From an uncultured archaeon (GTDB lineage Archaea; Iainarchaeota; Iainarchaeia; Iainarchaeales; CSSED10-239): 8,043 bases of DNA. The notes under the pieces are model-generated. The model searched no databases, was not told the origin of the DNA, and was given only the letters and a program-made list of their open reading frames with translations. A program made the translations under genes and the position numbers. Below, in pieces: positions 5,110-8,043 of the stretch (position 1 is its first letter; each line of letters begins with the position of its first letter). The DNA lies in the NCBI GenBank assembly GCA_964463155.1, contig CAYXAY010000033.1:1-8043 (forward strand), in the 5' to 3' direction.

Positions 5110-5457
5110 TTATATGACTTTAGACCTGAAGTTTTCAACAGCTACATCCATTTGTTTCTCAAATTCTTCAAACTCTCCGAATCTACCTATATTTAACCTC
5201 ATTGATTTTTGGAACTCTGAAGAAAATAGATTTCTAAACAAGTATGTTTTTCCAATCTGGATTTTGCTTATAGCATCATCCCACATTGTTAAATAGATTG
5301 TTCCTGTTTCATCGCCAATTAAAACCTCGCACACCTTGTGTTTGGTTTCATCAAGTTTTGAAACTACTTCTCTGATATTTGTCTTGTCAATAACCTTAGC
5401 TACTAGGTATACTTTTTTTTGAAAATGTTTTATGTCTCTGATTTTTTCTAGTATCAT
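5110..5457 (-). CDS. ssb: single-OB-fold ssDNA-binding protein (crenarchaeal SSB-like)
   Basis: 115-aa ORF with GGTGA 3 nt upstream of the ATG. The core ...KVCEVLIGDETGTIYLTMWDDAISKIQIGKTYLFRNLFSSEFQKSMRLNIG... resembles the Sulfolobus SSB OB fold as I recall it (..[46 protein letters not shown]..). Confidence 0.75.
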   Translation of the reverse strand: MILEKIRDIKHFQKKVYLVAKVIDKTNIREVVSKLDETKHKVCEVLIGDETGTIYLTMWDDAISKIQIGKTYLFRNLFSSEFQKSMRLNIGRFGEFEEFEKQMDVAVENFRSKVI

Positions 5458-5460
5458 AAT

Positions 5461-5465
5461 TCACC
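5461..5465 (-). promoter_or_regulatory. Shine-Dalgarno GGTGA for ssb
   Basis: The plus strand tcacc gives minus GGTGA, with a 3-nt spacer to ATG 5457. Confidence 0.55.
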
Positions 5466-5531
5466 AAAGTTTTTTTGGTTTTGTTATATAATTTAGTTAA
5501 GAAGTTATTTAAATACCTTGTGATTTTTAAG

Positions 5532-5549
5532 AAAAATAGAAAAGGGGGG
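5532..5549 (-). terminator. C6-T4-C-TA-T5 tract immediately after the thermosome stop
   Basis: The minus strand after TAG (5553..5555) reads TATCCCCCCTTTTCTATTTTTCTT. The oligo-T runs are consistent with archaeal termination. A TTTAAATA box follows before ssb. Confidence 0.35.
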
Positions 5550-5552
5550 ATA

Positions 5553-7178
5553 CTACATATCTCCCATGTCTGGTCCACCCATTCCCATTGGTGGTCCCCT
5601 TGGCCTGCTGGATTGTCCTGCAATGATATCATCTATTCTTAGAATCATTTCTGCAACTTCTGCTGCTGACATTACTGCTTGAGTCTTTACATTGATTGGT
5701 TCAATTACTTTCTTTTTTTTCATGTCTGCAATGGTTCCATTAACAACATCTATACCAAAGTGTTTGTTTATAGGGTCTTGGTGCTTGCTTCTTAAAGACA
5801 CGATTGTATCAATGGCATCAAGACCTGCACTCTCTGCTAATGTCTTTGGGATTATTTCTAGAACTTCAGCGAAAGCCTCAATTGCTAGTTGTTCTCTTCC
5901 TCCAACAGTCTTTGCAAAGTTTTTAAGCTTTAATGCAACTTCAATCTCTGAAGCTCCCCCAGCTGCAACGAGCCTTCCAGTTTTGATTGTTGAGATTACT
6001 GCGCCAATTGCATCAGTCAATGTTCTTTCTGTTTCTGCTAGAACCTGTTCTGATGTTCCTCTAAGAAGTATTGTAACATAGCCGGGGTTTGGACTGCCTT
6101 CAATAAACAACATGCAGTCTCCTGCTATCTTCTTTTCATAAACATGCTCTGCTGTTCCGGTATCTTTTGCAGAAACGTCTTTTATTCTGGTTATAATCTT
6201 TGCTCCAGTTGCTTTAGCAAGTCTTTCAATATCTGTTTGTCTTACTCTTCTTATTGCAAGTATTCCTGCTTTAGCTAAATAGTGCTGAGCAAGATCATCA
6301 ATTCCTTTTTGGCAAAGAACAACATTTGCTCCTGTTGCTTGGATTCTGTCAACCATTGCTTTTAGATAGCTTTCCTCTTGATCAATGAATGCTTGAAGTT
6401 GGTCTGGAGAGGTTATCTGTATCTTTGCTTCTGTTTCTGGTTCCTTAATCTCTAAAGCATTATTGATTAAAAGTATTTTTGCGTTCTTGATATTCTTTGG
6501 CATCTCTGAATGGACTATTTCTTTGTCAAGAACAATTCCATCAATTAGCTTTGTGTCAGAAAGGCTTCCACCAATCTTTTGTTCAATCTTTATCTGTTCT
6601 CTTTCTAATTCCTTGTTTGATTTTGAAATTTTTAGTATTCCGTCAAGAACAATGTTTGCCAGGTCTGCACTGTTTTCTGAAGCTTTTCCTGTCATTGAGG
6701 TTTTTGCAATATATAGTAATTCTTGTTTGTCTCCATTGTTTACCTTGTCAGAGATTTCTGTAAAATATTCAACTGCCTTTTCTGAAGCAAGTTTGTATCC
6801 TTTGATTATTATTGATGGATGAATGTTTTCATCTAAAAGGTTTTCAGCCTTTGAAACTAAACCTCCTGCAATAACAACAGCACTTGTTGTTCCGTCTCCA
6901 ACCTCGTCGTCTTGGTTCTTTGCAAGTTCAACTAGCATCTTTCCTATTGGATGCTCTATTGCCATTTCCTTTAGGATGGTTGCTCCGTCATTACTGATTG
7001 TAACATTTCCCATCTCATCAACAAGCATCTTGTCCATTCCTTTTGGACCAAGAGTTGACTTAACAGAATTAGCCACTGCCTTTGCTACAAGAATATTCAT
7101 TCTTTGAGCATCCTTTCCTCTTTCTCTTTTTGAGCCGTCTGGTAAGAAGACGGTGTTTTGACTTTGATTATTACTCAT
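5553..7178 (-). CDS. ths: thermosome subunit (group II chaperonin, Cpn60/TCP-1 family)
   Basis: 541-aa ORF. Motifs are [21 protein letters not shown] (nucleotide-binding motif), the equatorial/apical layout typical of thermosomes, and a Gly/Met-rich tail [21 protein letters not shown] lies 3 nt upstream of the ATG. Confidence 0.97.
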   Translation of the reverse strand: MSNNQSQNTVFLPDGSKRERGKDAQRMNILVAKAVANSVKSTLGPKGMDKMLVDEMGNVTISNDGATILKEMAIEHPIGKMLVELAKNQDDEVGDGTTSAVVIAGGLVSKAENLLDENIHPSIIIKGYKLASEKAVEYFTEISDKVNNGDKQELLYIAKTSMTGKASENSADLANIVLDGILKISKSNKELEREQIKIEQKIGGSLSDTKLIDGIVLDKEIVHSEMPKNIKNAKILLINNALEIKEPETEAKIQITSPDQLQAFIDQEESYLKAMVDRIQATGANVVLCQKGIDDLAQHYLAKAGILAIRRVRQTDIERLAKATGAKIITRIKDVSAKDTGTAEHVYEKKIAGDCMLFIEGSPNPGYVTILLRGTSEQVLAETERTLTDAIGAVISTIKTGRLVAAGGASEIEVALKLKNFAKTVGGREQLAIEAFAEVLEIIPKTLAESAGLDAIDTIVSLRSKHQDPINKHFGIDVVNGTIADMKKKKVIEPINVKTQAVMSAAEVAEMILRIDDIIAGQSSRPRGPPMGMGGPDMGDM

Positions 7179-7181
7179 TTA

Positions 7182-7187
7182 ATCACC
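7182..7187 (-). promoter_or_regulatory. Shine-Dalgarno GGTGAT for the thermosome gene
   Basis: The plus strand atcacc gives minus GGTGAT, with a 3-nt spacer to ATG 7178. Confidence 0.6.
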
Positions 7188-7206
7188 TTCTTATTTTAGA
7201 AAAAAA

Positions 7207-7614
7207 TCACTGATGGAATTTTCTTTCAACATCATCTATCAAGATATCACATTCTGCTTTTATCTTCTCTAGATTTTTAATTATTCTTATTTTTTCAAGC
7301 TCTATTGACTGGATGTTTTCAAAAGTCTCAACTGCTTGCTTGAACATGCCATAATCAACTGATGTGTATTCGTAGCCGTTCATCTTTTTACAGACTGTTT
7401 CAACGATTCTTCCAATGAAAAGATTCATTTCCTTTTTTACTATTCCTTTAATTTGTTTGTGCTTATCAAGATTCTTTCTCATTAGTCTTACAACTGTTGC
7501 ATTTGGGAACGGTAATTTATTATCATCAAGTTCTATACCTTCATCTTCTACTTCGCTTTCTAAAACTTCGTCTTCAATAATTTCTTCTTGGTTTTTAATA
7601 TCTTCTGCACTCAT
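7207..7614 (-). CDS. histone-fold-like protein with an acidic N-terminal tail and a C-terminal amphipathic (coiled-coil-like) helix
   Basis: I prefer ATG 7614 (MSAEDIKNQ...; 135 aa), which has GAGGGG upstream, over the track start at 7674. The core LPFPNATVVRLMRKNLDKHKQIKGIVKKEMNLFIGRIVETVCKKMNGYEYTSVDYGMFKQAVETF has the length and helix-loop-helix-loop-helix pattern of a histone fold. It starts with the LP.....R(I/L)(I/M)(K/R) motif seen in archaeal histones and NF-Y/NC2-type proteins. 15 of the first 33 residues are D/E. The last ~35 aa have a heptad-like I/L spacing. Confidence 0.65.
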   Translation of the reverse strand: MSAEDIKNQEEIIEDEVLESEVEDEGIELDDNKLPFPNATVVRLMRKNLDKHKQIKGIVKKEMNLFIGRIVETVCKKMNGYEYTSVDYGMFKQAVETFENIQSIELEKIRIIKNLEKIKAECDILIDDVERKFHQ

Positions 7615-7733
7615 TTTTTGACCCCTCTTTTTTATTGTAAAAATAGTTGTTTTACCTATAATATATATAAGCATAGAAGCCTTTAAATATGTTGTTTTTT
7701 AGTATAAAAATAGAATAAAGAGAAGAGAGAAAT

Positions 7734-7904
7734 CTATTCCTCTTCTTCCTCAAAATCATCATTTTCGAAGTCTTCGTCTTCTGATTCTTCGGCGTCTTCG
7801 GAAAGGTCTTCTTCGTCATCAAAGTCCTCAAAGTCTTCGTCTGTTTCCTCGCAATCATCCATCTTGTAGATTTGGTCTTCAATATCGTTGTTTATTACAT
7901 ACAT
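7734..7904 (-). CDS. hyper-acidic 56-aa mini-protein (candidate; not in the ORF track)
   Basis: Hand translation: MYVINNDIEDQIYKMDDCEETDEDFEDFDDEEDLSEDAEESEDEDFENDDFEEEEE-TAG. It has 33 D/E and a single Lys. GGTGA (7918..7914) lies 9 nt upstream of ATG 7904, the same SD seen for ths and ssb. It shares the motif EDFED/EDFDD, and a 12-nt identity (tcaaagtcctca at 7819..7830 and 7982..7993), with the acidic tail of the upstream gene. Confidence 0.4.
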   Translation of the reverse strand: MYVINNDIEDQIYKMDDCEETDEDFEDFDDEEDLSEDAEESEDEDFENDDFEEEEE

Positions 7905-7913
7905 TTTTTGTAT

Positions 7914-7918
7914 TCACC
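7914..7918 (-). promoter_or_regulatory. Shine-Dalgarno GGTGA for the acidic mini-ORF
   Basis: The plus strand tcacc gives minus GGTGA, with a 9-nt spacer to ATG 7904. It sits in the 25-nt gap after the upstream stop codon (7930..7932). Confidence 0.45.
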
Positions 7919-7929
7919 ATTTTGTGTTT

Positions 7930-8043
7930 TTAATCATCACTATAATCGTGATCAGAATCAAATTCTTCTTCGTCTTCGTCTTCAAAGTCCTCAGGAGAAT
8001 ATTCTGTTTCTATGTCTTCTTTTTCTTCTCTTAAGATGGCGTC
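7930..8043 (-). CDS. C-terminal 37 codons of an unidentified protein with an acidic tail (N-terminus beyond the window end)
   Basis: The frame is open from the window edge to TAA 7932..7930: DAILREEKEDIETEYSPEDFEDEDEEEFDSDHDYSDD-stop. 21 of 37 residues are D/E. It is co-oriented with all other genes. Confidence 0.5.
   Translation of the reverse strand, partial: DAILREEKEDIETEYSPEDFEDEDEEEFDSDHDYSDD

Noticed and set aside
5396-5632. 78-aa minus-strand ORF bridging the thermosome 3' end, the intergenic region and the ssb 5' end. Also the 5114..5296 plus-strand ORF antisense to ssb.
   Set aside because: They overlap two well-supported genes and a terminator/promoter-like spacer, and have no independent signals.
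5692-7107. Plus-strand track ORFs antisense to the thermosome gene (5692..6081, 6463..6822, 6497..6763, 6823..7107).
   Set aside because: They are nested antisense to a complete group II chaperonin ORF, and their composition is that of antisense artefacts.
7415-7621. 68-aa plus-strand track ORF antisense to the histone-fold gene.
   Set aside because: It is nested antisense, a Ser/Leu-rich artefact.
7615-7674. 20-codon N-terminal extension of the histone-fold ORF (MLIYIIGKTTIFTIKKRGQK). The same applies to the 12-codon extension of the ORF6N fragment (1620..1655).
   Set aside because: Both extensions are hydrophobic or odd sequence read from AT-rich promoter-like DNA. In the first case the internal ATG has a GAGGGG SD-like element, and the family-typical N-terminus begins at the internal Met.
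7756-7762. C-box-like ATGATGA on the minus strand (possible C/D-box sRNA).
   Set aside because: It lies inside the acidic ORF (codons N-D-D). I could not find a matching D box (CTGA) and terminal stem at a suitable distance.
7652-7882. 76-aa Lys/Thr/Arg-rich minus-strand track ORF.
   Set aside because: It is an alternative frame of the GAAGAC-rich repeat and starts at TTG without an SD. Its C-terminal part (…FLSSLYSIFILKNNIFKGFYAYIYYR) runs through the AT-rich spacer and overlaps the spurious 5' extension of the next ORF. The acidic frame has better start signals and a paralogous motif in the neighbouring gene. This is a judgement call, not a proof.
1-8043. CRISPR arrays, rRNA genes and transposase/IS termini.
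   Set aside because: Scanning by eye on both strands shows no regularly spaced direct repeats, no rRNA-like conserved blocks and no transposase-like ORFs.

Overview
AT-rich (about one-third G+C by eye) archaeal fragment. The gene content is thermosome, archaeal-type IleRS, a single-OB SSB, a histone-fold protein, a tRNA without encoded CCA, and GGTGA/GGAGG Shine-Dalgarno motifs. Together with the small protein sizes this suggests a reduced-genome, DPANN-like archaeon (inference only). Every gene I can support is on the minus strand. In transcription order they are: the acidic C-terminal tail of a truncated gene (7930-8043); a 56-aa hyper-acidic mini-ORF below the ORF-track cutoff (7734-7904); a histone-fold protein with an acidic N-tail and a C-terminal amphipathic helix (7207-7614); the thermosome (5553-7178); SSB (5110-5457); tRNA-Ile with a UAU anticodon (4964-5038); a possible 57-aa ORF (4744-4917); ileS (1734-4580); an ORF6N/KilA-N-type gene (661-1619); and two tandem paralogous genes for small membrane-anchored cysteine-rich proteins (248-556 and 1-229, the latter carrying a G10 run). 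No CRISPR array, rRNA, transposase or integrase is visible. The most unusual signal is in the ORF6N gene: its reading frame breaks exactly between two related, perfect 27-nt palindromes. The same palindromic core is translated in two different frames, and all three differences between the copies are compensated. Other leads are the acidic mini-ORF plus atypical histone-fold gene upstream of the thermosome, the UAU tRNA-Ile next to ileS, and the Cys-rich paralog pair.
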